Notes: a model not told the origin generated them from the letters alone. A stretch of DNA of 62,090 bases from an uncultured bacterium (GCA_964010765.1 CAXGMD010000011.1:1-62090), one strand, 5' to 3'; counted from the stretch's first letter, positions 11,953-22,543 are shown. Numbers and translations are program-made.

Positions 11953-13698
11953 ATGAGAAAGAGTATCTTTGCCCGCATGGTCCCCGCTTTTTTGGGTCTG
12001 ATGTGTCTTGGTCAAAGTGCTCATTCTCAGGGTGAATCTCACAAGGATTTCTTCAATCCTCACATGCTCTGGCAAAGCCCAGGACAATCCTCTATTCAAT
12101 CCCGCGCTGAAAAAGCCGTTGTCCTCGCAAACCGACTCAACCTCCGCCAATCCCCGAAAAAGCGCGGTAAAGTCATTGGAACACTCAAAGCAGATCAGGT
12201 CGTTGAGGTTAAAGATCGACAAGATGACGGGTGGGTTAAAGTCAAAGTCCAAAATGAATTAGGCTGGGTCGCTTCAGAATATCTGCGTTTTGCCAAGGAA
12301 CAACCCAATTATGAACTTCATGCGGTTGTGAAGGTCCCTAAGCTAAATCTTAGAGCACAAGCTGGAACAAAGTACAAAGTACTGCACACTCTTCGAAAGA
12401 ACGACAAGCTCCAAGTACATTCTGAAACAGATGAGAGTTGGGTGGAAGTAGAGCTGATTGGCAAACGTATACGAGGGTGGGTAGCTACCGAATATCTGAA
12501 AATTCTCTCCCGTGGAAAAGAGGAAGTCTATAATGAAAAAGAAGCGGATTATGCGATAGTCAGCACCCGAACTCTGAATCTCCGCTCTGGGCCCGGCAAA
12601 GACTACAAGGTAATTGAGAAACTCCGGAAAGGCATGCATGTTGTCAGCGCTTTTCCAGAAGAAAATGGATGGCGCAAGGTTCAAACCGCAAAAGGAACAA
12701 CCGGTTGGGTAGCTCGTCGACATCTAAAGTTTTATGAGCCTGCCGATTTTCCGAGCAAAGTTACTAGTGCAACAGAGCGTTTATATACCTCTCCACTTGA
12801 AGCCAGCATTCTGAACTTTTTGCGTGAGTCCTACGATAAGAAAACAATGAGTCCCCAAGACAAGTTGAGCATGGTCGTCCAGGATCTAGAGACTGGGGAA
12901 AGGTTGGTTTCCATCCGGCCAGAAGTGCAAATCAAAGCTGCTAGTTTAATCAAGGTGCCCGTACTGCAAGCTTACATGCTTCAGCGTTTTCGGGGAGAAA
13001 TCAAACATAACAAACATCACCAAAAAGCACTCAGCAAAATGATCCGCTTCAGCAGTAATTCTGACACTAACAAGGTCATGCGCTGGATCGGAGGCCCAAA
13101 GAAAGTCAACCAGATTTTGGCTGATACTGGACTCTATGACGAAATGAAGGTTGTCGAATACATCCCTCGCTACGGAAAGACCTATCTTAACAAGGTCTCT
13201 GCAGAAGACTTGAACCGCTTGATGCTGACGCTCTGGTCTGATCAACCACTGGGGCCAGAATTTAGTAGAGTCGAAAATGAAATGGCAGCTGAGGAAATTC
13301 TCTACTTGATGGGCCAACCAAATGGACCACGTGCACGTGATCGACTAAAGGATGGAACCTGCTTTGCTCGCAATAAAAACGTGAAGGTTTGGGACAAAAC
13401 AGGCTTTGTGAAGGGGATCAATGGGAACATTGGTATCGTACAAATCGACACGCCAGAGGGGCCAAAAAGCTACACAGTGGTGATGGCAATGGAGCGGGCA
13501 AACTATAAGAGCATTTCCGGGAACGCTAATGGCTGGTCCTTCAATTTGAGCCAGCACATGCGTCGTATCTCAGAGTTGGTCTACACCTACATGTCGATTC
13601 AGTACCATCGCTACAATGAGTGTAAGCAGACAGACAGGCTCGTCTATCATGCATCTCAGGCGTTGGAGCGACCAGAGATCGTCAAGGCATCTCTTTGA
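11953..13698 (+). CDS. secreted protein with three SH3b domains and a class A beta-lactamase-like serine hydrolase domain
   Basis: Signal peptide; three LNLR...GWV repeats; SLIK (SxxK), SSN and KTG motifs. Confidence 0.88.
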   Translation: MRKSIFARMVPAFLGLMCLGQSAHSQGESHKDFFNPHMLWQSPGQSSIQSRAEKAVVLANRLNLRQSPKKRGKVIGTLKADQVVEVKDRQDDGWVKVKVQNELGWVASEYLRFAKEQPNYELHAVVKVPKLNLRAQAGTKYKVLHTLRKNDKLQVHSETDESWVEVELIGKRIRGWVATEYLKILSRGKEEVYNEKEADYAIVSTRTLNLRSGPGKDYKVIEKLRKGMHVVSAFPEENGWRKVQTAKGTTGWVARRHLKFYEPADFPSKVTSATERLYTSPLEASILNFLRESYDKKTMSPQDKLSMVVQDLETGERLVSIRPEVQIKAASLIKVPVLQAYMLQRFRGEIKHNKHHQKALSKMIRFSSNSDTNKVMRWIGGPKKVNQILADTGLYDEMKVVEYIPRYGKTYLNKVSAEDLNRLMLTLWSDQPLGPEFSRVENEMAAEEILYLMGQPNGPRARDRLKDGTCFARNKNVKVWDKTGFVKGINGNIGIVQIDTPEGPKSYTVVMAMERANYKSISGNANGWSFNLSQHMRRISELVYTYMSIQYHRYNECKQTDRLVYHASQALERPEIVKASL

Positions 13699-13704
13699 GG
13701 ATTC

Positions 13705-13950
13705 ATGCTCGATCCTGAATTTGTCAAAATTCTGGTCTGCCCCGATAACAGAACCCCAGTTCGAGTAGCATCTGAACAAGAAATCACTGATTTGAATCAG
13801 AAGATTGAGGAGGGAGTTCTACAAAATATCGGTGGGCGTAAAGTCAATGGCAAGCTTGATGGAGGATTAATTCGTGAAGCTGGGGACCGGCTATATCCTG
13901 TACGAAAAAATATTCCTGTGATGCTTGTCGAGGAAGCGATCCAACTTTGA
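13705..13950 (+). CDS. Trm112 family protein
   Basis: ILVCP...YPVRKNIPVMLVEEA; SD GAGG. Confidence 0.88.
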   Translation: MLDPEFVKILVCPDNRTPVRVASEQEITDLNQKIEEGVLQNIGGRKVNGKLDGGLIREAGDRLYPVRKNIPVMLVEEAIQL

Positions 13951-13962
13951 CAAATCGTTTCG

Positions 13963-14172
13963 TCAGGCTTCCACAATTACATAAGCCAAAAGAAAGGCAA
14001 TTGCCCAAAAAACCGGAAGGGATTTTAAGGCGGACTGAAACATTTGTTTAAGATAAATCATCGAGTCCTGAAAAGTGAAAACTCTCCTTGGATCTCGATC
14101 ATAAATCATCAGCCACCAGAAACTAAATGCACCCAATAGCACGGCAATCTCGATTTCATAGTCCCCAAGCAT
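13963..14172 (-). CDS. small hypothetical membrane protein (2 TM)
   Basis: SD GAGGA; two hydrophobic segments; fills the intergenic gap. Confidence 0.65.
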   Translation of the reverse strand: MLGDYEIEIAVLLGAFSFWWLMIYDRDPRRVFTFQDSMIYLKQMFQSALKSLPVFWAIAFLLAYVIVEA

Positions 14173-14422
14173 CTTTCCTCACTCTTCCCAATTCTCGATT
14201 GTCTCTTCCCTTACTAAGCATCTTGTTGTAATCTGCGTCACATTGAGAAGCGATTAAGTACGCTTTTAGTTGCCACATTATTTTGCTTCTCTTCTTGAAG
14301 TTATGCCTCTGTTCCCGTGGCGTCAAGGCAATGTTTCATTTTCGAATATTCCCTAGTCCCTCACAGAAAGTAAGCTCAGCAGATTGAGAAGTCTTTAAAG
14401 CTAATTTTTCAGTGGAACCAAC

Positions 14423-14899
14423 ATGACACTAAGAACTTTCATTACTATCCTTGTACTTTCTGCATCCTACAGCCCAATTTCGGCCCAGACACTTCAAAAC
14501 TTTGTGTTTCTCAATGCCGAACTCTCCGTTCAGATGGCTCTTACAGCTGTTCAGGACTGCCAAGAAAAAGGCTACAATGTCTCCGCTGCCGTGATGAATC
14601 GAGAGGGCAGGCTAACCGCCTTCGCTCGCAATCCAATGGCTTCACCCATGACCTCGGAAATTGCCCAAGGAAAAGCCTACGCCGCCGCACTTACCCAAGC
14701 CTCCACTGCAAATTTGGGAGAAATCGGTGCCTTGGCCTACGCAGATGGAGTAGTTCCAACACAGGGGGGGCTACCCTTCAGTGCAGGCGGACGCTTTCTG
14801 GGGGGCATTGGAGTTTCAGGAGCAGATTCTGCTTCTGATGAAGAGTGTGCACAAGCGGGGATTCATGCGGTAGCCGATGATTTGGAATTTGCGGAGTGA
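14423..14899 (+). CDS. GlcG/HbpS family heme-binding protein, exported
   Basis: Signal peptide; VSAAV, IAQGKAY, GGLP, GGIGVSGA...DEECA. Confidence 0.9.
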   Translation: MTLRTFITILVLSASYSPISAQTLQNFVFLNAELSVQMALTAVQDCQEKGYNVSAAVMNREGRLTAFARNPMASPMTSEIAQGKAYAAALTQASTANLGEIGALAYADGVVPTQGGLPFSAGGRFLGGIGVSGADSASDEECAQAGIHAVADDLEFAE

Positions 14900-14928
14900 T
14901 AGGGAAACCTTCTAAAGACTTAAAATTA

Positions 14929-16467
14929 TCAATCTAATACTCCAGTCTCAGTTGATTTGACCCCCGCCATAAGCAAGCCCAACTGTTGGCGGGTCGCTTC
15001 CTTGCCATCCACTTCCCCAATGATGGAGCCCCGATACATCACGACAATCCGGTCAGAGAGAGCAAGTATTTCATCCAACTCTGAACTGACCAACAGCACA
15101 GCCACTCCCTCATCTCGCTTGGCAACAATTTGCTGATGAATGAATTCAATCGAGCCAACATCAATGCCCCGAGTGGGCTGTGCTGCAATGAGCAATTGAA
15201 TCGGCCGACTCAACTCCCGTGCAATCACCATTTTCTGCTGATTGCCCCCGGACAGACTTCCCCCGGATGTGTATACTGAGGGAGTACGAACATCAAACTT
15301 TTCAACCAGTGCTTCTGCATATTCATCGATAGCTTCCTGCAGAACCGTTACGCCATTTGCAAACGGTGGCTTATAGTAAGAATTCAGAACCAGGTTATCT
15401 GCCACTGAATATCCTGCGACCATTCCAAAGGCGTGACGGTCTTCCGGTACGTGACATATTCTGCCCTGATCTGTGATTTCTCGGGGATTCTTATTCGTCA
15501 GGTCTTCGCCTCCGATCAGTAAGGTCCCCTGATCCAGTTCTCGCAGTCCCGTCAGCACTTCCACTAATTCGGTCTGCCCATTCCCTTGCACACCCGCAAC
15601 ACCAACAATCTCCCCTGAATGAACCTCCAACTCCACATTCCTGAGACAAATTTCACCCAGTTCATCGCGCGCTTCTAAACATTTCACTTGCAGAACTGGC
15701 TTCCCGGGCTTGGCTTCCTGTTTATCAACTTGCAGCATGACCTCTCGACCAACCATCATTGCAGCCAATCCAGGCTCAGTTGCTTCACTGGGAGTTGCTT
15801 CACCTACAACTTTTCCACGACGCAGAACAGAGATACGATCTGCAATCCTGAGCACTTCCTTCAACTTGTGGGTAATGAAGATAATAGATTTGCCCTGCTT
15901 TCGAAGCAAATCCATCACGGAGAAGAGCCCTTCAATTTCTTGAGGAGTCAAAACAGCTGTGGGTTCATCAAGAATCAGAATATCTGCTTCACGGTAAAGC
16001 GCCTTGATGATCTCCACGCGCTGACGTATTCCAACCGGCAAATCCTCAACGAGAGCAGTCGGGTCAACTTCCAATTGATAATCCTGAGAAAGCTGCTGAA
16101 CGCGCTTGGAAACCTTTTCCCGATCCAAAAGGCCTTGACGAACACTCTCACTGCCCAGCATGACATTTTCGACCACCGTCATTACTGGGACCAATTGAAA
16201 GTGTTGGTGAACCATCCCGATCCCCAGATCGATCGCATCCCTAGGTGAATGCATTCTGACAGACCGGCCCTTCACCCGAATTTCTCCTGATGAAGGCTGA
16301 TACAGTCCATAGATGATGTTCATCAAAGTAGACTTGCCTGCCCCGTTTTCTCCCAACAGGGCCAGAATTTCTCCTGAATTTAGGCTTAAATTGACATTCT
16401 CGTTGGCCACAACTCCTGGAAAGCATTTACTGATTTGGCGAGCTTCCAGAACTGCTGATTCGCTCAC
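14929..16467 (-). CDS. nucleoside/sugar ABC transporter ATP-binding protein (double ATPase)
   Basis: GENGAGKST, LILDEPT, PEDR, LSGGNQQK, QPTRGID. Confidence 0.95.
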   Translation of the reverse strand: MSESAVLEARQISKCFPGVVANENVNLSLNSGEILALLGENGAGKSTLMNIIYGLYQPSSGEIRVKGRSVRMHSPRDAIDLGIGMVHQHFQLVPVMTVVENVMLGSESVRQGLLDREKVSKRVQQLSQDYQLEVDPTALVEDLPVGIRQRVEIIKALYREADILILDEPTAVLTPQEIEGLFSVMDLLRKQGKSIIFITHKLKEVLRIADRISVLRRGKVVGEATPSEATEPGLAAMMVGREVMLQVDKQEAKPGKPVLQVKCLEARDELGEICLRNVELEVHSGEIVGVAGVQGNGQTELVEVLTGLRELDQGTLLIGGEDLTNKNPREITDQGRICHVPEDRHAFGMVAGYSVADNLVLNSYYKPPFANGVTVLQEAIDEYAEALVEKFDVRTPSVYTSGGSLSGGNQQKMVIARELSRPIQLLIAAQPTRGIDVGSIEFIHQQIVAKRDEGVAVLLVSSELDEILALSDRIVVMYRGSIIGEVDGKEATRQQLGLLMAGVKSTETGVLD

Positions 16468-17504
16468 TTGCTTCCCTCCGTATCGTATGGCTTTCCTATG
16501 GCCGCTGGTGGACGTACTCGCCCCACAAGACCAGATACTGCAACGATCGTCACTATGTAGGGGAGCATCGAGACAAACTGCCGCGGAATGGTCGTTACCC
16601 CAGCCAGTAAAAATTCATTCTGCAGGGCTTGAGTGTAGCCAAATAGTGTTGCGGCACCCAATGCTCCGAAAGGTGTCCAGTTGCCAAAAATCATTGCTGC
16701 CAGCGAAATAAATCCTCGTCCTGCGGTCATTCCTTCCTGAAATTGCCCGACTGCCTCCAAAACAAGAAATCCTCCGGCTAGTCCCGCCAGCATTCCACCC
16801 AACATTGTGTTGACATAACGTTGCCGATTGACATTGATGCCTTCCGTATCTGCGGCTCGTGGATGCTCCCCAACTGCCCTTGTGCGCAATCCCCAGCGGG
16901 TATGGAATATCGCAACATGGACAACGAAGACCAGAACCAACGCTAGGTAAGTGATGGGCGCATTGTTAAATATCACAGGGCCAATTACTGGGATTTCTGA
17001 GAGGAGCGGGATTGGAATTGGTGTAAATTTTCCGGAAGAAATTGCATCGCGATCATAGAGATAGGAGGAAAGGCCTGCTGCTAGAATAATGATCACGGTG
17101 CCTGAGATGATTTGATCCATGCGGAAACGGATCGAGAAAAGTCCATGCAGCAATCCCATCAGTCCACCCACTCCCAATGCCACAAACACACTGAAGAGTA
17201 GGCTTGCGTAAAGTGGCCAATCATTCGTAGATGACTTTGCGACAAATCCCGCAAATGCTCCGGCTAGCATCATTCCCTCGATGCCAATATTGATGATTCC
17301 AGAGCGCTCACAAAGGACTCCACTTAATGCCCCTAAAACTAAAGGGATGGCAGCACGGAGAGTGAAGTTCAGAGCACTGATCCCGAAAAACACTCTCATC
17401 CATGGATTCTCTCCCAGTGGTGTGATCTCTACTAAAATTGCCATGATCATCATTAGTAGGGCCAAACAAACTGAGATGCGTGCAGTCCTTGACCAGAATG
17501 TCAT
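16464..17504 (-). CDS. nucleoside ABC transporter permease
   Basis: ERSGIINIGIEG, GLRTRAVGEHP, GRGFISLAAMIFG. Confidence 0.93.
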   Translation of the reverse strand: MTFWSRTARISVCLALLMMIMAILVEITPLGENPWMRVFFGISALNFTLRAAIPLVLGALSGVLCERSGIINIGIEGMMLAGAFAGFVAKSSTNDWPLYASLLFSVFVALGVGGLMGLLHGLFSIRFRMDQIISGTVIIILAAGLSSYLYDRDAISSGKFTPIPIPLLSEIPVIGPVIFNNAPITYLALVLVFVVHVAIFHTRWGLRTRAVGEHPRAADTEGINVNRQRYVNTMLGGMLAGLAGGFLVLEAVGQFQEGMTAGRGFISLAAMIFGNWTPFGALGAATLFGYTQALQNEFLLAGVTTIPRQFVSMLPYIVTIVAVSGLVGRVRPPAAIGKPYDTEGSK

Positions 17505-17505
17505 T

Positions 17506-18654
17506 TCAAGAACCTCCCCAGCTTGTGTTCAATTTTGTAGCATGTTCCTCATCCCCACTGGACCTTAGGCGGAATAGTGCCTTGATGATCAATGGTGCTG
17601 CAACAAATGCCAACACCAGTGCCTGTATGACCTGAATAATATCTGCGGCGACACCCGACTCAAACTGCATCTTCGCTGCTCCAGCATCCAAAGCACCAAA
17701 TAGAAAAGACGCGATGACCACTCCGAATGGGTGTGTTTGACCGAGCAGTGCGACCGTAATTCCATCAAAACCAACCTGACCACCGAACTCTGGGGCAAAT
17801 TTGTGGTTCAGACCAAGTGTCTCTATTGTGCCTGCCAAGCCTGCAAGTGCTCCAGCAAGTCCCATTGTCAACACAACGGTTTTTTCCACACGAATTCCCG
17901 CATATCGGGCTGCCTTTGGATTTTGACCAACAGTTCGAATCTCAAAGCCGATCGTGGTCTTGTAAATCAACCACCAGACAACGACCACACCGATCAATGC
18001 GAGAAAAACCCCATAATGGACACGATAGGGGGGGCCAAAAAGCCATGGAATTTGTGCAGATTCAAAGACATCTGGTGTTTCTGAAATTGCCCTCGCAGTC
18101 CGATCCCAAAGTGGACCTGGAGTTTGACCTTGTGTTCCACCAGCATAGACTGTCCACCCAGCAAAAAGTGATGCCAAATAATTCATCATGATTGTGACGA
18201 TGACTTCATGAGCTCCTGTCGTCACTTTCAAAAGTCCTGGGATTGCCCCCCAGATCATTCCTCCCAGCATCCCGCTTAAAATTGCCAATGGGAGATGAAT
18301 GATCATCGGAAGTCCTTCAAAATGAATCCCAATGGCCACTGAGCAAACGGAGCCCATCACAAACTGCCCGGATGCCCCAATGTTGAAGAGCCCAGCTTTG
18401 AACGCGACAGCTACAGAGAGACCCGTGAGGATAAAGGGAATCATCTTTCGAATAGTGACACTCCAAGCGCGCCCACTTCCAAAAGCTCCCTGGAAAAGCC
18501 CTTGATACGCCAAAATAGGATCATCTCCAAAAGCAAGCATCACCACTGCCCCAGCAACAAGCGAGGTCAGCAGAGCAAGGAATGGGATCAGCAGGACACC
18601 AAGGAAGATTCGCTTTTGAATACTTTTGGGTTCTTTGGAATTTGCCTGTGCCAT
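17506..18654 (-). CDS. nucleoside ABC transporter permease
   Basis: GLFNIGASGQ, HEVIVTIMMNY, GFDGITVALLG. Confidence 0.93.
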   Translation of the reverse strand: MAQANSKEPKSIQKRIFLGVLLIPFLALLTSLVAGAVVMLAFGDDPILAYQGLFQGAFGSGRAWSVTIRKMIPFILTGLSVAVAFKAGLFNIGASGQFVMGSVCSVAIGIHFEGLPMIIHLPLAILSGMLGGMIWGAIPGLLKVTTGAHEVIVTIMMNYLASLFAGWTVYAGGTQGQTPGPLWDRTARAISETPDVFESAQIPWLFGPPYRVHYGVFLALIGVVVVWWLIYKTTIGFEIRTVGQNPKAARYAGIRVEKTVVLTMGLAGALAGLAGTIETLGLNHKFAPEFGGQVGFDGITVALLGQTHPFGVVIASFLFGALDAGAAKMQFESGVAADIIQVIQALVLAFVAAPLIIKALFRLRSSGDEEHATKLNTSWGGS

Positions 18655-18688
18655 GAAACGGTTGAGGCAGAATAAGAGGAGGGAGAGT

Positions 18689-18714
18689 GGAGGTGCTTGC
18701 TTTCAAGCACCTCC
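18689..18714. terminator. intergenic stem-loop downstream of the BMP gene (mRNA stabiliser or partial terminator)
   Basis: Perfect 11-bp stem GGAGGTGCTTG-CTTT-CAAGCACCTCC. Confidence 0.65.
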
Positions 18715-18738
18715 GAGAAGACTAGGGAACCTACGTAA

Positions 18739-19752
18739 TTAGTTGCCGTAGCCAGTTTTGATGATCCCGCTGTCCAGTCCAGCTTTAGCGGCTGTTAACA
18801 TGTCCTTGAGGGGCTGTGGAACAGCACTATCGAAATCATGAAATGGAGCCAATCCAGCTTCCCCAAACACATTTCCACCTTTGAAGGTGCCCGCTTGCGC
18901 CCGTCCGATCAGATCAGCGACGGCGGGTGTAATCAGCTTCATTGCGCTGGAGATCAAGCAAGGATGGGCTGCTGGAACGGTAAACCACTGATCCGCATCC
19001 ACACCAATGCAGTAGACACCTTTTTGTGAAGCAACTTCCTGCAAAGCACCATTTCCAGTTAGACCGCCTGCGCCAAAGATCACGTCAGCACCCTGATCCA
19101 TCGCCTGCTTTGCTGTTGCCGCACCCCACTCTGGATCAACAAAAGCCTGACTGATTTCGCCAGGGTGATAAGTTGAAATAACGTTAATTTTAGGATTCAC
19201 TGATTTGGCTCCTGCGATGTAACCCTCATTGAAAGCGACAACAGGAGGAATCAGATCCGTTCCAAGGACAGCTGCGATCGTTCCACTTTTCGTCATTCCA
19301 GCTGCCAACACGCCAGCCAAGAATCCAGATTGATCTTCAGGGAACAGCAGGCCTGCCAAGTTGGGAAGCGCTTCACCTTGGTATTGATCAACACCAATGA
19401 ATAACGTATCTGGATTTTCCTTAGCGGCCTTGACAGTTGCATCACCTAGAGCGAAACCAACCGTGACGATGACTTGGTACTCCGCTTCAATGAATTGAGC
19501 CAGGTTATCCGCATAATCCTTGGCATCTTGAGTTTCGATATACTTGATGTCTCGGTCTCCTAAACCGAGATTGGACTTGGCCAACTCAACACCTTCCCAG
19601 GCAGATTGGTTAAAGCTGCGATCATTGACTCGTCCCACATCGGTCACCAATCCAACTTTGATGGGGGCTGCTGAGAGGGTTGTGATGGCTAACAGCAGCA
19701 TTACACTGCTCAACCATAGGACTGCTAACCAAGAGATTCGTGGCTTGGGCAT
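18739..19752 (-). CDS. BMP family ABC substrate-binding protein (nucleoside)
   Basis: DRSFNQSAWEG, GFLAG, GADVIF, IGVDADQ, SAMK. Confidence 0.93.
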   Translation of the reverse strand: MPKPRISWLAVLWLSSVMLLLAITTLSAAPIKVGLVTDVGRVNDRSFNQSAWEGVELAKSNLGLGDRDIKYIETQDAKDYADNLAQFIEAEYQVIVTVGFALGDATVKAAKENPDTLFIGVDQYQGEALPNLAGLLFPEDQSGFLAGVLAAGMTKSGTIAAVLGTDLIPPVVAFNEGYIAGAKSVNPKINVISTYHPGEISQAFVDPEWGAATAKQAMDQGADVIFGAGGLTGNGALQEVASQKGVYCIGVDADQWFTVPAAHPCLISSAMKLITPAVADLIGRAQAGTFKGGNVFGEAGLAPFHDFDSAVPQPLKDMLTAAKAGLDSGIIKTGYGN

Positions 19753-19849
19753 GAGGACTCCTCTGGGATGGAGAGTTGAATTTTACTGACAGAAGTAATG
19801 TTAGTTGGACCAGAAGAACGCTAACAAACTTTGCCAAAAGGAAAGAAAA

Positions 19850-21196
19850 TTAGTCTTCTTCTACATCTTGGTCAAGGGCAATCCAGTCGTAAACGCAATT
19901 TGATTGGATATTTTTTTCTGGCTCCTCAGCAATAACACATGCTTTCAGGATATTCAGAATCGCCTGCTCTGCTTCAGAATTTGTACGTGCGTGAACACAG
20001 GCAATGGGTTGTTGCTGGCTCACATAGTCATTAAGATCCACAAAATTTTCGAATCCAACCGCATAGTCAATTTTTTGGTCAGCGCGGGTTCTTCCTCCTC
20101 CCAAGTGGACTAGGGCCAGTCCAATTTCCCGTGCATCCATTTTCACAAGATATCCACTTTCCTTGGCCATCACGGGCAAAACCACAGCGGCTTTTTCTAA
20201 ATGACGGTCACTGTGCTCTACAAGATCAGCCGGCCCTCCCAGAGCTGCTACCATTCTAGCAAAATATTCTGCCCCTAACCCGTCCTCGAGAGCATTCCTG
20301 ATTCTAGCCCGACCTTCCTCAGCAGAGCTAACTAAACCGCCAAGAAAAAGTAATTCTCCACCGAGGGAGACGGTGACTTGATCAAGTCGAGGATCAACCT
20401 TTTCATTTTTTAGATATTTGATCGTTTCCTGAACTTCCAAGCCGTTCCCTACATTTAAACCAAGCACTTGGTTCATATCTGTCAGCAGTGCGGAGGTCTT
20501 TACTCCATTCTCATCCGCAACAGCCACTATGCTTCTCGCCAAAGCCATTGACTGATCGTGCGTTGGCATAAATGCCCCAGATCCTGTTTTGACATCCATT
20601 ACCAAAGCATCCAATCCCGCAGCCAGTTTCTTGGAGAGTATTGAAGCCGTAATAAAAGGAATGCTCTCTACGGTGGCAGTCACATCTCGAATCGCATAAA
20701 GACGGCGATCTGCAGGAGCCAATTCTGAAGTTTGCCCAATGATAGCGACGCCTACCTCCTTGACAACTTTTCTTAATTTCACCAAATCCGGTGCAGTCTG
20801 ATACCCAGGAATCGAATCCAGTTTATCCAGGGTTCCCCCTGTATGGCCGAGTCCACGACCGGAGATCATTGGCACATACCCCCCACATGCTGCAACCAGA
20901 GGACCCAGCATGAGGCTAACCTTATCACCAATACCACCAGTGGAGTGCTTGTCCAAAACTGGTCCATTTAGCTCCAGGTTCTTCCAATTGAGGGTATCTC
21001 CAGAGCACATCATTGCCCGCGTTAATCCTGCACATTCTTTTGCCGTCATACCCTGAAAATAGACTGCCATTGCAAAGGCGGCGACCTGGCCTTCACTCAG
21101 TTGCCCAGAGGTCAATCCTACAACCAAGAATTCAATTTCCGGCAGTGTAAGTTCCAGTCCATCACGCTTCTTACGAATTAACTCCTGGGGAATCAT
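19850..21196 (-). CDS. deoA: thymidine phosphorylase
   Basis: DKHSTGGIGDK, SGRGLGHTGGTLDKL, SILSKKLA, DVKTGSGAFM. Confidence 0.96.
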   Translation of the reverse strand: MIPQELIRKKRDGLELTLPEIEFLVVGLTSGQLSEGQVAAFAMAVYFQGMTAKECAGLTRAMMCSGDTLNWKNLELNGPVLDKHSTGGIGDKVSLMLGPLVAACGGYVPMISGRGLGHTGGTLDKLDSIPGYQTAPDLVKLRKVVKEVGVAIIGQTSELAPADRRLYAIRDVTATVESIPFITASILSKKLAAGLDALVMDVKTGSGAFMPTHDQSMALARSIVAVADENGVKTSALLTDMNQVLGLNVGNGLEVQETIKYLKNEKVDPRLDQVTVSLGGELLFLGGLVSSAEEGRARIRNALEDGLGAEYFARMVAALGGPADLVEHSDRHLEKAAVVLPVMAKESGYLVKMDAREIGLALVHLGGGRTRADQKIDYAVGFENFVDLNDYVSQQQPIACVHARTNSEAEQAILNILKACVIAEEPEKNIQSNCVYDWIALDQDVEED

Positions 21197-21204
21197 CTGG
21201 CAGC

Positions 21205-22035
21205 CTAGTAATTTTTCAGGAAATTTTTCAAAAGCTTTGTCATCCGTGGACCTGCCAAAGCAGCTTGCTCAAAAGTGTGAGTATGACTCAATGTTTCATC
21301 GCTCAAGCCCGCAGCTTGATTGGTCACAATGGAAAGGGCTACGACCTTCAATCCAAAATAACGTGCCAGAATGATCTCAGGCACTGTGGACATCCCCACA
21401 CAATTTGCTCCTAGGGTGATCAGCATTCTGATTTCTGATGGGGTTTCGAATTGTGGTCCTGTCATCCAAGCATAGACACCTCGTCTCAATGGAATATCAG
21501 CTTTGAAAGACTCTGACTCAATCAGCAGGTTTATTTCTGGATCTAGGGCGTTGGTCATGTTCACAAAGCGTTGGTCTCCGACCACTCCAAACAAGGGAGA
21601 GACGCCAGTCAGATTGATCGTATCCTCAAGCAACATCAGTGATCCTGGTGGAGAATCTGGATCCATGCTACCTGCGGCATTCGTCAACAGCAGTAATTCA
21701 CAGCCTATCTGCTTCAAGACTCCGATTGGAACACGCATGTTATGCGCTTCTCCATGCTCATAAAAATGACTTCTGCCCCGTAGGATTACAACAGGGGTTG
21801 TGCCAACAGAACCAAACACAAGCTCTCCACGATGCCCTCCAACAACTGGTTCTGGGAAGCCATCCAACTCAGAGAATTGAATCGTTTGTAGTTGGTCTAT
21901 TTCATCCGAGAACTTGCTGAGTCCTGAGCCCAGAATGATCGCAACCTTGGGAGTAAATCCCCCAATCTTTTCTTTGAGGATCTGACTTGAATTCTTGATC
22001 TCTTTTTCAAAACTGTTGGGAGGAAAATTCGTCAT
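21205..22035 (-). CDS. punA: purine-nucleoside phosphorylase (trimeric type)
   Basis: ILGSGL, GRSHFYE, TNAAG, GPQFETPSE, GMSTVPE, TNQAAG. Confidence 0.92.
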   Translation of the reverse strand: MTNFPPNSFEKEIKNSSQILKEKIGGFTPKVAIILGSGLSKFSDEIDQLQTIQFSELDGFPEPVVGGHRGELVFGSVGTTPVVILRGRSHFYEHGEAHNMRVPIGVLKQIGCELLLLTNAAGSMDPDSPPGSLMLLEDTINLTGVSPLFGVVGDQRFVNMTNALDPEINLLIESESFKADIPLRRGVYAWMTGPQFETPSEIRMLITLGANCVGMSTVPEIILARYFGLKVVALSIVTNQAAGLSDETLSHTHTFEQAALAGPRMTKLLKNFLKNY

Positions 22036-22469
22036 TGGGGCTCGTTGAGTAAGTATTCTGGACCGAAAGAGTGTGGAAGTAATTCTGCAAGCGTTTGACG
22101 CAATCTTAGTACTTTGAGATCCCCAATCAGGATAGGCGTTGTGGGCTTAGCGAATTCTCGTATTTTTTGACGACAGCCACCACAAGGAGTCACCGGATTT
22201 GTGCTTTCGCCAACAACTGCGAGCGCTTTGATTTGCCTTCCTTCAGCCAAAATCATGGCAGCGATCGCTCCAGCCTCAGCGCAAGTTCCCTGTGGGTAAG
22301 CTGCATTTTCCACATTACAACCCTTGTGAAGCTTCCCCTGATCATCCAAGATAGCAGCTCCAACCAAAAATCTTGAGTAGGGCGCATAAGCTTTCTTCCG
22401 GGCATCTCTAGCTGCCTCCAAAAGCATTCCCTCATCCAACATCGCATCATTTTCTGACATACTTTGCAT
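22032..22469 (-). CDS. cdd: cytidine deaminase (tetrameric)
   Basis: AYAPYSRF, GCNVENAAY, CAE, PCGGCRQ, LLPHSF. Confidence 0.96.
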   Translation of the reverse strand: MQSMSENDAMLDEGMLLEAARDARKKAYAPYSRFLVGAAILDDQGKLHKGCNVENAAYPQGTCAEAGAIAAMILAEGRQIKALAVVGESTNPVTPCGGCRQKIREFAKPTTPILIGDLKVLRLRQTLAELLPHSFGPEYLLNEPQ

Positions 22470-22543
22470 TGCTCTATTTTTGGATCCTTGACATGATAAA
22501 TAATCTACTAAAGCACTGAAAAAAAGCGGATTGAAAACATTAC

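Noticed and set aside
12900..13500. Antibiotic-resistance class A beta-lactamase
   Set aside because: SH3b fusion and no visible ExxLN omega-loop motif; more likely a cell-wall peptidase.
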